From: Minutocellus sp. GHC0000111
Lineage: Eukaryota
Direction: 5' to 3'
NCBI GenBank assembly: GCA_977018835.1
Contig: OZ361261.1
Location: forward strand, 2,170,001-2,234,000
Length of the DNA: 64,000 nt
Each line of letters opens with the position of its first letter. Position 1 is the stretch's first letter. Shown piece after piece: positions 34,049 to 45,899 of this stretch. The notes beneath the pieces are model-generated. The model saw only the letters and a program-made list of their open reading frames with translations. It was not told the DNA's origin and made no database searches. The position numbers and the translations under genes were made by a program.

Positions 34049-34328
34049 ATGGGTTTTGCTCTACGCGGACTGATACCTACCAATATTTGTACATAAAACA
34101 TTTTTGCAATGAGTTTTGACTATTTTACCAAACGAAGAATGATAAACTGTTGTAGATGATCTAGAGTCTAGCTAGCTTATGAATAGCGTTCTACATACTC
34201 TAAAAACACTACAACACTACCCAGGTACATTTTTCTATTTAATATCATAGACCCAATCCAGCGGCGAACAAAGACCACTGTGCCAGTAAATATAGGGTGG
34301 GTGCCATTGGCAGCATATCTGAGATAAT

Positions 34329-35091
34329 GTATATGTTAGTCCCAAAATGCGCACCGTCCCAGTTCGCGAACTGGGATCCCAGTTTGCGAACTAGGATTTA
34401 TTTTTCCCAGTTTGGAAACTGGGATCATAGGCACAATCTCAGTTTGCAAACTGGGATCAATCGAGAAATAATGAATATTTAGCATGGATGATATCGCCTT
34501 TGCTTCTCCTCGCTTCATTTTTTCATAGTGAAGCAACACAGCCCAAACCTGGTCCAGACGTCCAGACGACATTAGTGCCGGAGCTGATACTCAATAAATT
34601 GGCATTAGCTGATACTAAATACATATAGTGAATAAATAATAATAATATCTAGCTAGCTGCTTCTGGCAAATATAAGTCATGAACTGTACATGCATCTGTG
34701 CTATGCCGGCATCATGTTGCTACTGTACCAGTACATGTAGCTTGCAAATTCAAGATATGATGCACAGTGCAACTTGTATTGTAGATAGATCTACCAGTAC
34801 ATAATCATTGTGCATGAGCCAACACCGGCAGTTACCATTCTGACACTTGCCGAGAATGCCAGTTTCCAAACTGGTATTCATTTTTGTTCCAGTTCGCGAA
34901 CTCGTCTGGTTCCCAAATTCGGATTGGCGTGTTTATCTCAGTTTCCATTCTGGTAGTATCAGTGCGCAAACTGAGATCCTAGTTTGGGAACTGGGGCCCA
35001 GTGCGCAAACTGGGATAAATGAATCTCAGTCCGCAAACTGGGATCCCAGTTCGCAAACTGGGACAGTGCGCATTTTGGGACTAACATATAC
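34329..35091. mobile_element. MITE with ~60-bp TIRs and subterminal AACTGGGATCCCAGTT repeats
   Basis: Left end GTATATGTTAGTCCCAAAATGCGCAC.. is the reverse complement of the right end ..GTGCGCATTTTGGGACTAACATATAC. AT on both flanks. Absent from copy A at ~18529. Confidence 0.85.
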
Positions 35092-35824
35092 ATGTAGTGC
35101 TGGAAGCAGGAGGTGAAGCGCGCCGAGTATGTGTATATGTAGTGATTCACTTCTCATCGCCTCATTATGCCGATCTTATAAACGTCTATGTAGAAAGTTG
35201 TCATACATGTAGTGATCACGACATACATGTATCCCCTTTCGAGAGAACTTTTGTCTGCAATATTCGACAATCCACCGAGTCAGCGTAGTTCTGAGCTTGA
35301 TTGTGGAACTGATCACAACGTTAGCCAAAAGAGAGCGGTTTCGATAGATCATTCATCTGGCGACATGGTGCTGGGATGGTTGTGCCGCTGCTCTCGCGGG
35401 AAGCAGCTGCGACGATCCACAACCGTCACTTCTCCTCGTCGACTCAGGATCACTGCCGCTTTTCACTGCCGATTTTCTTGTCGATCGTTGGTGAATACAT
35501 ATATATGATTGCTTGAATCGGTAGCGTTGCGCTGCCACAGCACAGAATTGCAAGTGCTTGAGTCTTGAGGCTGCCGCCGCCGTAGCTTCGCAAGCCTAGC
35601 TGCATAGCCAGGCGAGTGAATTACCAAACCTGTTTATCCACCACCAGTGCAGTGACTTCGAAATGATTTTGGCTTTGCGTTACTTGGCAAGTAATTGGCG
35701 CACTTAGCAACATCGCCTCTCACACACAAGCACACAAGATGGGAGGGCAGATGTGCGGGAGGGCAGAAACGCCGATATGTTCCCACAATCGACGTGTTCG
35801 TCATGAATCTGATGTGGCGTACCC

Positions 35825-36075
35825 TCCGGCAGGTCATTCTGCGCTTGTGGCCTACCTTGTTGACGTGTCACACACCTTGAAGCGACGCCACGTATCTTCT
35901 ACTTTCTTCAATTTGCGCAACATCAGCAACGCCGCACAGTAGCGGCAGGTCATTCTGATGTGGCGGGATTTCGTCCAACTTTTTCCGCAATGACCTGCCG
36001 AAATGTCTCAAAACCATTCATAGACGTCGAATCGAAATAGAATCCATCCATGACTTTTTCGCGGCAGGTCATCGA
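35825..36075. promoter_or_regulatory. Second GCAGGTCAT motif cluster (copy B)
   Basis: Copies at ~35827, 35942 and 36061 (+) and 35989 (-). Confidence 0.5.
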
Positions 36076-36679
36076 TTTTGGCGGCGGTATCGTCTTGTGC
36101 GATAACTGCCTGCCCGCCCTCGCATGTATGTGCACGGTACAACGTAGTAGAATCGTTCGTCAGTTTGTTGTCCCACTTCCTCTCACAGTTCGAGAAAGTT
36201 GCTCTTCGTGAAGCCAAATCGAGAGGTACGTGCATTTGATTTGTATGATTTGATCCGACTAGGTAATTTTATTCTGCTTCGTTACTTTTGCGCTGAGAGA
36301 TGCGATGCATTGTGTTATTTCTTCGGTTGCTGGATCCCATTCAATTCTTGCTGCCTGTGGCGAAAGAGGATGTGGATTTCATTTTTTGTGGCCTATTTTC
36401 ATCAAGAGCGAACTTTCAATCATATTCCATATTCAATATCACATGCCATCGCATCACCAATCTCATTTGATGTATTTCTATTCATTTCTCATCGCCCGCT
36501 ACTTTTCCATGACGTGTTGCCGCACCTGCACAGCCGTCTCGATTGCATGGCCGATCGAAAAACAGTTTGTGCGTGCTTTCTGCCTTGCCTCGTACAATCC
36601 TCCCCAACGAGATACGGTATATACTGTGTGATATTCGCTTTCTTTGCTAGATTCAATTCAGCGAGAATCGAATCGAATC

Positions 36680-36832
36680 ATGAAGTTTACTTTGCCCGTC
36701 GTTTGCCTCGCCCTTTCGATCCCCGCCGCCGTCGTGGCCGCCACTGGCGGTGCCGGATCGGTCCAGGCCGAGAAGGCAACTGCCGCTGAGGCGGCCGTGG
36801 CCAAGTCCTTCTTCCGTTCCCCCAAGATCAAG
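36680..36832 (+). pseudogene. Orphan signal-peptide exon, paralog of exon 1 of the M66 gene
   Basis: MKFTLPVVCLALSIPAAVVAA...QAEKATAAEAAVAK ending at the same AAG|GTGCG donor. No M66 exons follow. Confidence 0.65.
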
Positions 36833-37845
36833 GTGCGTCGTTCTGTACTACTAGTAGCCAGTGCGGCCATGCAATGTAATGTTTGCCGATTTTCGAAAAA
36901 TCTCGCCATGGGCGCTCGTGCGGTTTGCGTGCATGGTCGTGTGCTTTTCTTTTTTTGGAATGACTTTTCTTTGCGCATGCTGCGGCACAAACGCAGGCAT
37001 CAAGCTGCATTTGTATTTCATTTATTTGTATGCCTGCATGGTGATCAGGATTCTCTCGAGTACATATCATACATGTAGCCATGCATGTGTGCATCAGCCA
37101 TCTCTCTCGGCTTACTCTAGCTACGTAGCTAGCTAGCCAGTATCATTATTCGAGCACTGGGTTGGTTGGACTTTGGCTAAAATTCTTGAAGGAATCAATC
37201 GTCTTTCCGTCATCCGTCTCACCTTCTCTCTCTGCTCTGCTCTGCTCATTCCTTCGTCATGTACGAGCTCGTAGCAAAATGAGGCACATGACGTTGGCCA
37301 GCCAGGCTGGTATGGATACCGTCACACGTTGTGCAGCCAGGCGATACGCCACCATAAGTGACGCATGTGTGCAATTGTCAAGGCAGAAGGGAGGATATGC
37401 GACGAAATAGTGCGGTAGCACCGGTGAGATGGCGGCACCCGAATGGTGGCAGTTACCGGCCGTCCGGTCTTGGTCTTGTTGAAGTCCGACGATGCGAAGC
37501 CCTTGAGGGGCAAAGAGCCGCCGCCCTGCATAACACGTGAAGGCACCGCATAAAATGAACAACTCGGTGAGAACAAAGTGAACTAAGTGAATCAAAAGAG
37601 GTGAGTTCGATGAATGCTGTTGGGGTGATATCTTTTGCATATTATTACATTGAATTGATTGCGCCCAACACTGATACATCTCGTGTGCTCATTGATTTGT
37701 TTGCTTCACGCGGCGCTCGGCCACATCCGCTCCACCGATCACACACAGACCTCGTCGATCAGATAGAAGAAAAAAGGAGAGCGAGCGAGATCTATACAAT
37801 CGAATACAAGACAAAATAAATTGTTCTTGAGGCAGAATCCGCGGA

Positions 37846-39660
37846 ATGATGTTGAGATCATCCACTGGCCTTGAGATACTTTTGATAGTCCTGGCAGTAT
37901 CCAAAGAAACGCTTGCGAGAAATGATGTTGCATTTCATGGACTACTTCGTGGTGGAGGAACATCATTGATGCAACGCCATCTCAGTTCTGAGCAATGTTC
38001 CGCGGGTGAGGAACTTGTCAGATGCGAATACGGTAATAGACCTTGTGATGGAGCCGGCATTGCCAACTGTGACGTCTACTGCCGTGATGCCTGCAAGGGC
38101 GCGAAAATTGACGAGTCTGACGTCGAGTGCGTCCAAGACCGTTCCTGTTATCAAACCATCTTCCGTAACAGCACCGTACATTGTCACGGTACCTCAGATC
38201 ACAACTGCGAGTCTGCCCAGTTCTTTGCGAGCGCCGTGGCATGTGAAAGGGGTGGCTACAACCCTTCGTGTGAGTATTCGTACTTCTACCCCTGCTCGTG
38301 CCGCGAAAAGACCGGCGGTGGTGGAACAGGAGGTCCCATGTGCTATGACTCGATCACTGGTAAGGCGGATGATTTCTGCTCGTCGACTTTTCTCGGACGT
38401 ACGTGCAAGGACTGGGGCAATCCCGTATGTGACGACATTAAAGTACCATCTCTGTCTCCGATCCATGAGGCATCTGAGTGCTCTATCGGTGAGGAGATTG
38501 TCCTTTGTGATACTACAAACAAGTATTCTTCCCGCAACTGTGCGAACTATCCCATCAAGGATTGCTCAGTCTACTGCGCTACACCGGAATCTTGCAAGAA
38601 CGCAAAGATTGATGAGTCCGACGTCGAGTGCATCCGAGACCGTTCCTGTTATCAAACTACCTTTCGGAACAGCACCGTGCATTGTCACGGTACCTTTGAC
38701 CACAACTGCGAGTCTGCCCAATTTGTTTCGAGTGCTGTGACTTGCGAGAGAGGTGGCTACAATCCTTCGTGCGAATATGCACAATTCAGAGACTGTAGCT
38801 GCTGCGAAGGACCGAAATGCCCTTCTAGTGTTCCCAAATGCTTCGACACAATCACTGGTAAGGCGGATGATTTCTGCGCATCGGCCTTCCTCGGCCGTAC
38901 TTGCAAGGACTGGGGCAATCCTGTTTGTGCTCCACCGAAGCTTCAAGAGATTCTCGCGGAAATCGGTGACGTCGCCAATTGGGTTGACGAATCAACCTCG
39001 GAGGGTGACATGCCAATCCCTGAGGATATTGACTCTGAAGATGGAGGTATACCAGACGATGATGCACCCGTCAGTCCTCTGTCACCTGCAACTCTTGAGG
39101 AAACGGTGCTGATGATCCACGAGGGTGACTTTGGAAAGTGGATGCCTTGGGTTGGCATTAAGGATGATCCTGACCTTTTGACGTTTCGAGGCTGCGGCGC
39201 TAGGATCAAGTTCCAGCCTTCTCAGTCCGGCCGAGATGATACAGCCGCCAATGGGCTTGCTCTAAGGTTTTGTGATTCTATCAGCGGCTGGCAAAGCCAG
39301 GATTCATTGACTGTGTACTCGGGTGTCTTTGGCACTTGGCTGTCATGGGCCATGTGCCCACAAGGTTCATACATAAATGGCGCCCAGGTAAGATACGAGG
39401 ATAATGGAGGAACCTTTACAGATGACACCGCTCTGAACGGATTGAAGATTCTTTGTACTGATCAGAGTGGTAATCAATCACCTGTGTGGAAGGTAGTTCA
39501 TAAGGGACTTTGGGGTGGGTGGAAGCCCACTGTTGTTGCCGATGAAGGATATTATCTGTCCGGTGCAAGTGTTCGGTACGAAGAGCATCAGGAACAGTTC
39601 TGGTTTGATGATACGGCAATGAATGGTCTGAAGATGAAGTTTGCAACTTTCCTGTTTTGA
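37846..39660 (+). CDS. Secreted protein with two Cys-rich repeats and a C-terminal VOMI (beta-prism) domain
   Basis: Signal peptide; duplicated ~155-aa Cys module (AKIDESDVEC..DRSCYQT.FRNSTVHCHGT.DHNCESAQF...FLGRTCKDWGNPVC); three G.WG.W...DDTAxNGL VOMI repeats. Confidence 0.85.
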   Translation: MMLRSSTGLEILLIVLAVSKETLARNDVAFHGLLRGGGTSLMQRHLSSEQCSAGEELVRCEYGNRPCDGAGIANCDVYCRDACKGAKIDESDVECVQDRSCYQTIFRNSTVHCHGTSDHNCESAQFFASAVACERGGYNPSCEYSYFYPCSCREKTGGGGTGGPMCYDSITGKADDFCSSTFLGRTCKDWGNPVCDDIKVPSLSPIHEASECSIGEEIVLCDTTNKYSSRNCANYPIKDCSVYCATPESCKNAKIDESDVECIRDRSCYQTTFRNSTVHCHGTFDHNCESAQFVSSAVTCERGGYNPSCEYAQFRDCSCCEGPKCPSSVPKCFDTITGKADDFCASAFLGRTCKDWGNPVCAPPKLQEILAEIGDVANWVDESTSEGDMPIPEDIDSEDGGIPDDDAPVSPLSPATLEETVLMIHEGDFGKWMPWVGIKDDPDLLTFRGCGARIKFQPSQSGRDDTAANGLALRFCDSISGWQSQDSLTVYSGVFGTWLSWAMCPQGSYINGAQVRYEDNGGTFTDDTALNGLKILCTDQSGNQSPVWKVVHKGLWGGWKPTVVADEGYYLSGASVRYEEHQEQFWFDDTAMNGLKMKFATFLF

Positions 39661-40016
39661 GCACCTTTGGTAGTGATGATGATTGGTGGTGGTGGCTACT
39701 GATATTATTAATGATTGATGTGACAAAAGACAGCGGCGGCGAAATTTGATTCGTTTCTCTTTTATGACGACTATGGAGAGACTTAGATTTTAGCAAAATG
39801 TATTGAAGTATCATTTAACTAAACAGCTCGGTTTGGGACACTGCCATAGAATTCGGCTGCAGTCTACGATTCTACATAACGGTACTGGTACATACAGCCA
39901 TGTACATTGGGGGCAGAAGTTGGTTCTCACTCACTTGACTTGAAGACTTCTCGGGTGCCGGCCATCAAATCAGCATCTGGTTTATGTACTTTCTCTGTAC
40001 AACCAGCTGACGCGAC

Positions 40017-41162
40017 GGCCTATCTGTTGGACCGAAACCGGAGAATTCCCGATTCTGCGGAATCGGGGGGCAATTTTACCATTCGGCCGAACCGAAAACG
40101 AATCGGCCGAATCGCACTCTCTACAATACGAAAGCGAAGAACTTGAGCATTCTTCGGTCTCGGGTTTTCCGATTACGAAACCAAAGAATGAAGGTGCCAC
40201 GTCGCGCTTTGTTCGCGTTGGCCAGTACCAATGCGGCTTTCACTTTGTTGAGAGTGCTATTCGATTGCATGTGCGTAACAAAACAAATGAGCAGCACCGC
40301 TGCAGCCAACCGCAACGATTCCCTGACTTGCAGCGTGGAAGACACGCAAGTCTGTTCCGCATGTTCGAGCGCACCGTTATGAAATGAAGTCGACATTGCC
40401 TTTTGGAGAGAGGCCGAAATCAGTGGTAGCGGGTACGACAGATCCCATGTCGATCGAAAATATGTTGTAGACCAGCACATTGCTCATTGCTCACATCATC
40501 ATTACATTTGCCGCACATTGTAACTTGGGATTGGATTACAAATAAATCAGCAAATAAATGAACTTATACTAGTAGCATAATTTGCTATAATAATATGCTA
40601 TGTACAATCTTCATAATGCATACGATAGATGTGCATTCAAGTAAGTTCCTCTTCGACCTTGACACATTTTCATGTTTTTTAGATGCAACATTTTGTTCTT
40701 TCCTTTTTATTTGGAATTCCTACTGTATCTCTTTTTTTGCAGCTCAAAGCTTAAATCCAGGTTTATCGGCTTGGGCACCAACAACATCCGTTGTGGTGGG
40801 GCGATGGAAGAGCAGAACATGTGTGCCTACTACTAGTCGCAGCATGTGGTCAAGGCGATAGAACGACTGTGATGAAAGCAGCCTCAAAACTTCTTTTTTC
40901 GTTTGCTACCGGAGCAATCTTGTGAGAAGGAGGCTTTGCGGCCCTTGGGAGACGAGAGAATCGTCGAAGAAGATTCTCTCGAAGCATCATTCTTCGGTTT
41001 CGTAAAAAAAAATCACGAAACCGATGAAAAGCAGCCATTCTTTGGTCTCGGGGAAGGAGAGTGCCATTCGGCGGAATCGGACCGATTCCGCCGAACCGAA
41101 AAAGTGGGCTTCCCGATTCCGCCGAACGGGGAATTCTTCGGTTTCGGTCCAACATATCGGCC
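40017..41162. mobile_element. Non-autonomous DNA element with long imperfect TIRs (~170 bp)
   Basis: Left GGCCTATCTGTTGGACCGAAACCGGAGAATTCCC vs reverse-complemented right end GGCCGATATGTTGGACCGAAACCGAAGAATTCCC. Similarity continues inward (TACGAAACC.AAGAATGA). No clear TSD. Confidence 0.7.
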
Positions 41163-41887
41163 ATATCCAATGCCACTAAGCGCTACCTAGGTACTGCTTG
41201 ACTGGTGCTCGAGGCATTTTGTAAGTGGTTAGCTCTATACTGGTTGCCGTGCTGGGTGCCGATTGTTCTAGGCTCTACCTGGTTGGGAAAGCTACGTAGA
41301 AAGCAACGCGAACAAAGTGCGAGCAAATTGAGTGTTCGTTCGTACGTCACTGCCCCCGACGAAGTCGAGCGAGCGAGAAGTAACGCAATAAGTCGCCTGA
41401 ACAATGCCTCTTCCCGCCTTCCTTGTCGATTTGGGCGTAACTCCATCTATGGTGTGGGGTGTCGGAGCAATCTCGGTGATCGTTCTTCTCACCATCCTCG
41501 TGAGCAATATCGACATGACGGAAGACGACTTGAATGCGGTTCGGGCCGAGGCCGGTCACCGCATGGCTGCTGCCGCGCAGGGTCAAACGCGGGCCATGAC
41601 GAGTCAGACTGGATTAGATACTGGAAAAGGTGGCGCTGAAGAGGAATGAGGTTGTGGTATCTTAATCGGATCGATCAAGTGGATGTCCGCGAGCAGATGA
41701 ATTATGTCTGAAACGTTGATATTCGTATGAAGCAGTGGTTGTGAAGAAAGAAATAGTACAGAGACCACTGCCAAGCTGTACAAGAAATCTGATCTGTGCC
41801 TTTGAGATACCAGCATAATTGTGGAGAAATAGCGTAGTGATAACTGTGAGGATGTACAAAAGAAGACTCTAGGATTTCCTACTACTT

Positions 41888-44313
41888 TTATTTAAGCTCA
41901 ATCGCTTCATCTGCTGACTTCATAAGATGAGAACTCATTGGAACTACGTCAGGATAGGCAGCACAATCACTCACACCACAAAGGTTCTTGCCGCGCAGCA
42001 TGGAAAAGTATCCTTCCATGCCCCATGAATTTCTGTCGAGAAGGAGGTGATCTCACGAAGTGAGTAATAGAGCGAAGTAAATAATATCCATGTTTTCGCC
42101 CAAAGATAAATCAAGATCCACTTACCCCCAAGAGTTGCGAATAATATGATACGGTTTGGGCTCATCCTCCATCGTCTCTCCAAATCCAACTGCAACCACG
42201 GCATGATTGAGATGCCGAATATCGGTCTTGCACAAGTTCTCGCCAGTAGTAGCATCGTAAGCATCATAAATACCGTGCGAGTAGAGATGAAATCCATTGG
42301 CAACATCGAACGCAACGGCGACCGGGCCGATGTGAGCCACTGCTTTAACAAGGTCGTCCTCATCGAACGACGTGATGTTATGGACTCGTCGGATCTTGGC
42401 ACCAACATTGTTTCGCTCCATCTTCTTCTTTGCTCGGCATTTCCCGTCCTTGGCTGTGTATCAATAAGAATCCTCAGTCACGATGCCGCCGACGTAGTGG
42501 ATGTATTCCATAGCTGTGCTAGGCCAGCCGCCTCCACAACCGGCATTTCCGAAATGGCCACCAGCACAATCTACAAGCTGCTGCTCTGCTAGACCAGCCC
42601 ACTGAGAGCAATCCATCACCTCAGCAATGCAGTGATGGGCTTCGATAGACCAGTCGAAGCAAAAGTCCAGCAGGATCCGCAATGACCCTGGGATTTAATC
42701 GGAGTAATGACTCCCTTGGTGCGCCAGTCATGAAACTTTGGGAGCTCAAGGTCATCGTCGACGGGAACTGGGCCGGAAGAAGTGTGGGTGGGATAGCAGT
42801 CCCTCGCTTCCATGAGATATAGATCCTCAAATTCGGCAAACGTCAAATCGCTGAATGGACCGTCCATTTTCATTTGGTAGCTCGTTAGACCCTTGGCATG
42901 CGCATCATTGTGTCGATCAACTAGAGCGGCATTTGTGGCATAAGCTAGAAGTCTCTGTTGATATTCCTCCTCACTCTGATATGACTTTTGATGCAATTGG
43001 ATCCAGTTGGAAAAGCTGGCCGTGACCTTGGCGGTGACCAATGATTCTTTCTCAGCAGAATTATCATCAACTGCTTCATCTGTACTATCTTCAACAAGTT
43101 CAGGCTTGTCGCGAACTAGAGGGTACGACGCACAGTCGCTGACGCCGCACATATTCTCGCCTCGTTTTATCCAGAAGTATCCTTCCATACCCCATGAATT
43201 TCTGTCGAGAAGGAGGTGATCTCACGAAGTGAGTAATAGAGCGAAGAAAATAATATCCATGTTTTCGCCCAAAGATAAATCAAGATCCACTTACCCCCAA
43301 GAGTTGCGAATGATGTGATAGGGAACGGGCGTGTCCTCCATGGTTTCGCCGTAACCGACCGCCACAACAGCATGATTGACGTGCTGCGGGTCCTTGAGAC
43401 ACATGGTCTGGTTCGTGGTGGAGTTGAAGCTATCGTAAACTCCATGCGAATATAGCCGAAAGTCGGGAGATACGTCAAACGCCACGGCCACCGGCCCGTG
43501 CTTGGCTACCGCACGGACGATGCCATCCTCGTCGCCGGTGGAGATATTGTGCACCCCGCGGACCTTGGCGCCAATGTCCCGCCGATCAATCTCGTGGCAG
43601 ACCCCATCCTTCGCCTTGCATTTGTAAGATTCCTCGAGAGCCATGCCACCATTGTAGTGAATGTATTCAAAGGCCTGCGAGGGAAGACCACCGCTGCATC
43701 CGTGATTGTTGAAATCGCCGGCACAGTCGACGAGCTGCTGCTCGGCCAGGCCCTTCCAGTGAGTGCAGTCCTTGTTGTGGGTGATGCAATAGTGAGCCTC
43801 GAGGGTGCCCGAAGTCGAAAACGTCCAGCACGAGCCGCAGTGGCCCTGATTCTTGATTGGAGTTATGACGCCTTGCGTGCGCCAATCCATGGCCTTGGGA
43901 AGGTTGAGATTGTTGTCAGAAGATTCATCATCGGGCACCGGACCCGACGAGGTGTGGGTGGCACTACAATTCTGCCCCTCCATCAGGTAAAGCGTCGAGA
44001 ATTCGTCATCCGTCAGATCCGCAAAGGGACCATCGACCGACATGGCGTACGATGTGTAGCCACGCTCGTAGGCGGCATTGTGACGCCGCACAATGTTGAG
44101 ATTGGTGGCAAAGATGGCAAGGCGACGATTGTATTCGGTGGCGTCGGACTCGACGGTGTAGGGTCTGGAGTGACGTTCGAGCCAGGCGTCAAAGTTCTGG
44201 GATATCGTGAGATCAGTTGATGGAGATGTGTTGGCAGAAGCTGACCCTGAGAGGAACGACGAAAGGATCAGAGCCCATGCCGCAAACGCAGAGCGCGAAG
44301 GGAGAAACTTCAT
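41888..44313 (-). CDS. CTSH: Tandem cathepsin H/aleurain-like (C1A) pro-protease; first domain intact, second disrupted
   Basis: Signal peptide, I29 prodomain, mini-chain-like EGQNCSAT, catalytic [12 protein letters not shown] and IRNSWG. Introns 43294-43202 and 42125-42033. The second I29+C1A unit has a 1-nt deletion (~42649) and an in-frame TGA (42461-42463). Confidence 0.85.
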
Positions 44314-44493
44314 GCTGTTGTCTTTGGGCTAAGCCCGTGGCCGTTCGTTCGGCTTGAGCACGGAATGCCGAGTTCGTCCCCGCCATGCAGTTCTGCAGAA
44401 TGAGATCTTTTGCGGACGGCGTAAAGACGACAAGAAACACCCGGAATATGGACGACAAGAAAACTCGAAGAAGGCAGATGGCAAGATGGCGGG

Positions 44494-45723
44494 TTGTTCA
44501 ACAGCATGCCCCACGAGCAATATGCCTCGGCCCGACCGGCGGCGGTGCCGGAACTGATCCATACGCATGGGGGGCTGCGCCGGCAGGACTCGCCCGGTGC
44601 CGGTGCCATTACGCATTACTTTGGTGCCTCGTCCAAAACTCTGAGGGATGTTTCGGCGGGTACCGAGCTGACACTTTGGGATGGAACGTGGGATGAAAGT
44701 AGCGCAGATAATAATGGCGATGATGATGGCACTGCCAATAGCGAGGATGGTGGTTCGGATGATGGTGGCGATGATGATGTTCCACCGATCCGATCCATAG
44801 ATTGGTTGCGAAATCATGGCATGTGCATTGATCACATTCGGCCAGGGCAATCGAACATTCCAGATGCGGGCAGGGGAGCCTTTGCGTCTAGATCACTACC
44901 AAAGGGGTCGGTAGTGGCGCCATCACCCCTCCAACTGTTCCGGGATCGAAATGACTTTGACAAGAAGAAGGGCAATAGGCGAAAAGTGGAAGAATTGTTT
45001 GTCAACTACTGCTTTCAACCACGTGGTAGCAATATGCTGCTGTATCCTTATGGGCCCGGCTTTGGACTTATCAATCACAGCAGCGACAGTCCCAATGTGG
45101 AGATTCGGTGGTCGACCTCCCACATGAATCATGCTGAGCAATGGCTCGACTTGCCCATGGATCAGTTTTGGCACATGCAGTATCCTGGAGCACTGATGAT
45201 CGAAGCGGTGGCAATACGCAACATTGATGAAGGGGAAGAGATACTAATGAATTATGGAACCGAATGGGAGGACGCGTGGAATGAGCACGCGATGCATTGG
45301 AAACCTCCAAGCAGCGCGAACGACTATATGTACCCTACGGAAATAGAACTGACAAAGCCTTTTCGTACCGCGAAAGAGCAAATGAAGCATCCCTACGCTC
45401 CAAATCTCATGTCGATGTGCAATACATTTTGTTTGGACCGAAAGGACAACACCAACGTAAAATGGAGGCCGAATAATAACGATTGGCCACAGAATTTGGT
45501 CGATTGTGAGGTGCTGGCGAGGACCGAGACCGAACATGGCTCATATGTTTACAATGTGTCGCTGTGGAATGATTGGGAGGCTGATTATTTCGAGTACAAC
45601 GTACCACAGGAGGCTATCTCGTTTGCCGATCGACCTTATCAAAGCGACCAACACTTGAAGCATGCTTTTCGGCATCCAATGGTATTTCCTTTTGAGATGA
45701 CGCCGTCTCTGTGGAGAGAATGA
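44494..45723 (+). CDS. Diatom-type SET-domain protein (probably 5' truncated)
   Basis: RSIDWLRNHGMCIDHI..SNIPDAGRGAFA, INHS, RNIDEGEEILMNYG and SDQHLKHAFRHPM. No convincing N-terminus (first in-frame ATG at 44506). Confidence 0.75.
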   Translation: MFNSMPHEQYASARPAAVPELIHTHGGLRRQDSPGAGAITHYFGASSKTLRDVSAGTELTLWDGTWDESSADNNGDDDGTANSEDGGSDDGGDDDVPPIRSIDWLRNHGMCIDHIRPGQSNIPDAGRGAFASRSLPKGSVVAPSPLQLFRDRNDFDKKKGNRRKVEELFVNYCFQPRGSNMLLYPYGPGFGLINHSSDSPNVEIRWSTSHMNHAEQWLDLPMDQFWHMQYPGALMIEAVAIRNIDEGEEILMNYGTEWEDAWNEHAMHWKPPSSANDYMYPTEIELTKPFRTAKEQMKHPYAPNLMSMCNTFCLDRKDNTNVKWRPNNNDWPQNLVDCEVLARTETEHGSYVYNVSLWNDWEADYFEYNVPQEAISFADRPYQSDQHLKHAFRHPMVFPFEMTPSLWRE

Positions 45724-45899
45724 TGGTTTGTGTGAGTGGAGAAGATTCTAGTTTTGGGGGTCGATCTCACATGGCGAACGATGCCAGGATGCCTCTGCCT
45801 GTTTTTTGGGCCTGTTTTCCAATGTCACTTTTTCTGCCCTCATTGTCATTGTCTTTGATAGACGCGGTTGGGTTGGCACAGAGGAGTTTGCTTTTTTAC

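Larger units (their letters stand above)
31311..37240. repeat. Segmental duplication copy B (partner 14087-21870)
   Basis: Same order of blocks as copy A. Lacks the LTR element (empty site ~31900) and the 19136-19903 paralog; carries a MITE at 34329. Confidence 0.9.

Noticed and set aside
41170..41649. Possible decayed membrane-protein 3' end next to the TIR element
   Set aside because: Multiple stops and no recognisable family; too weak to call.
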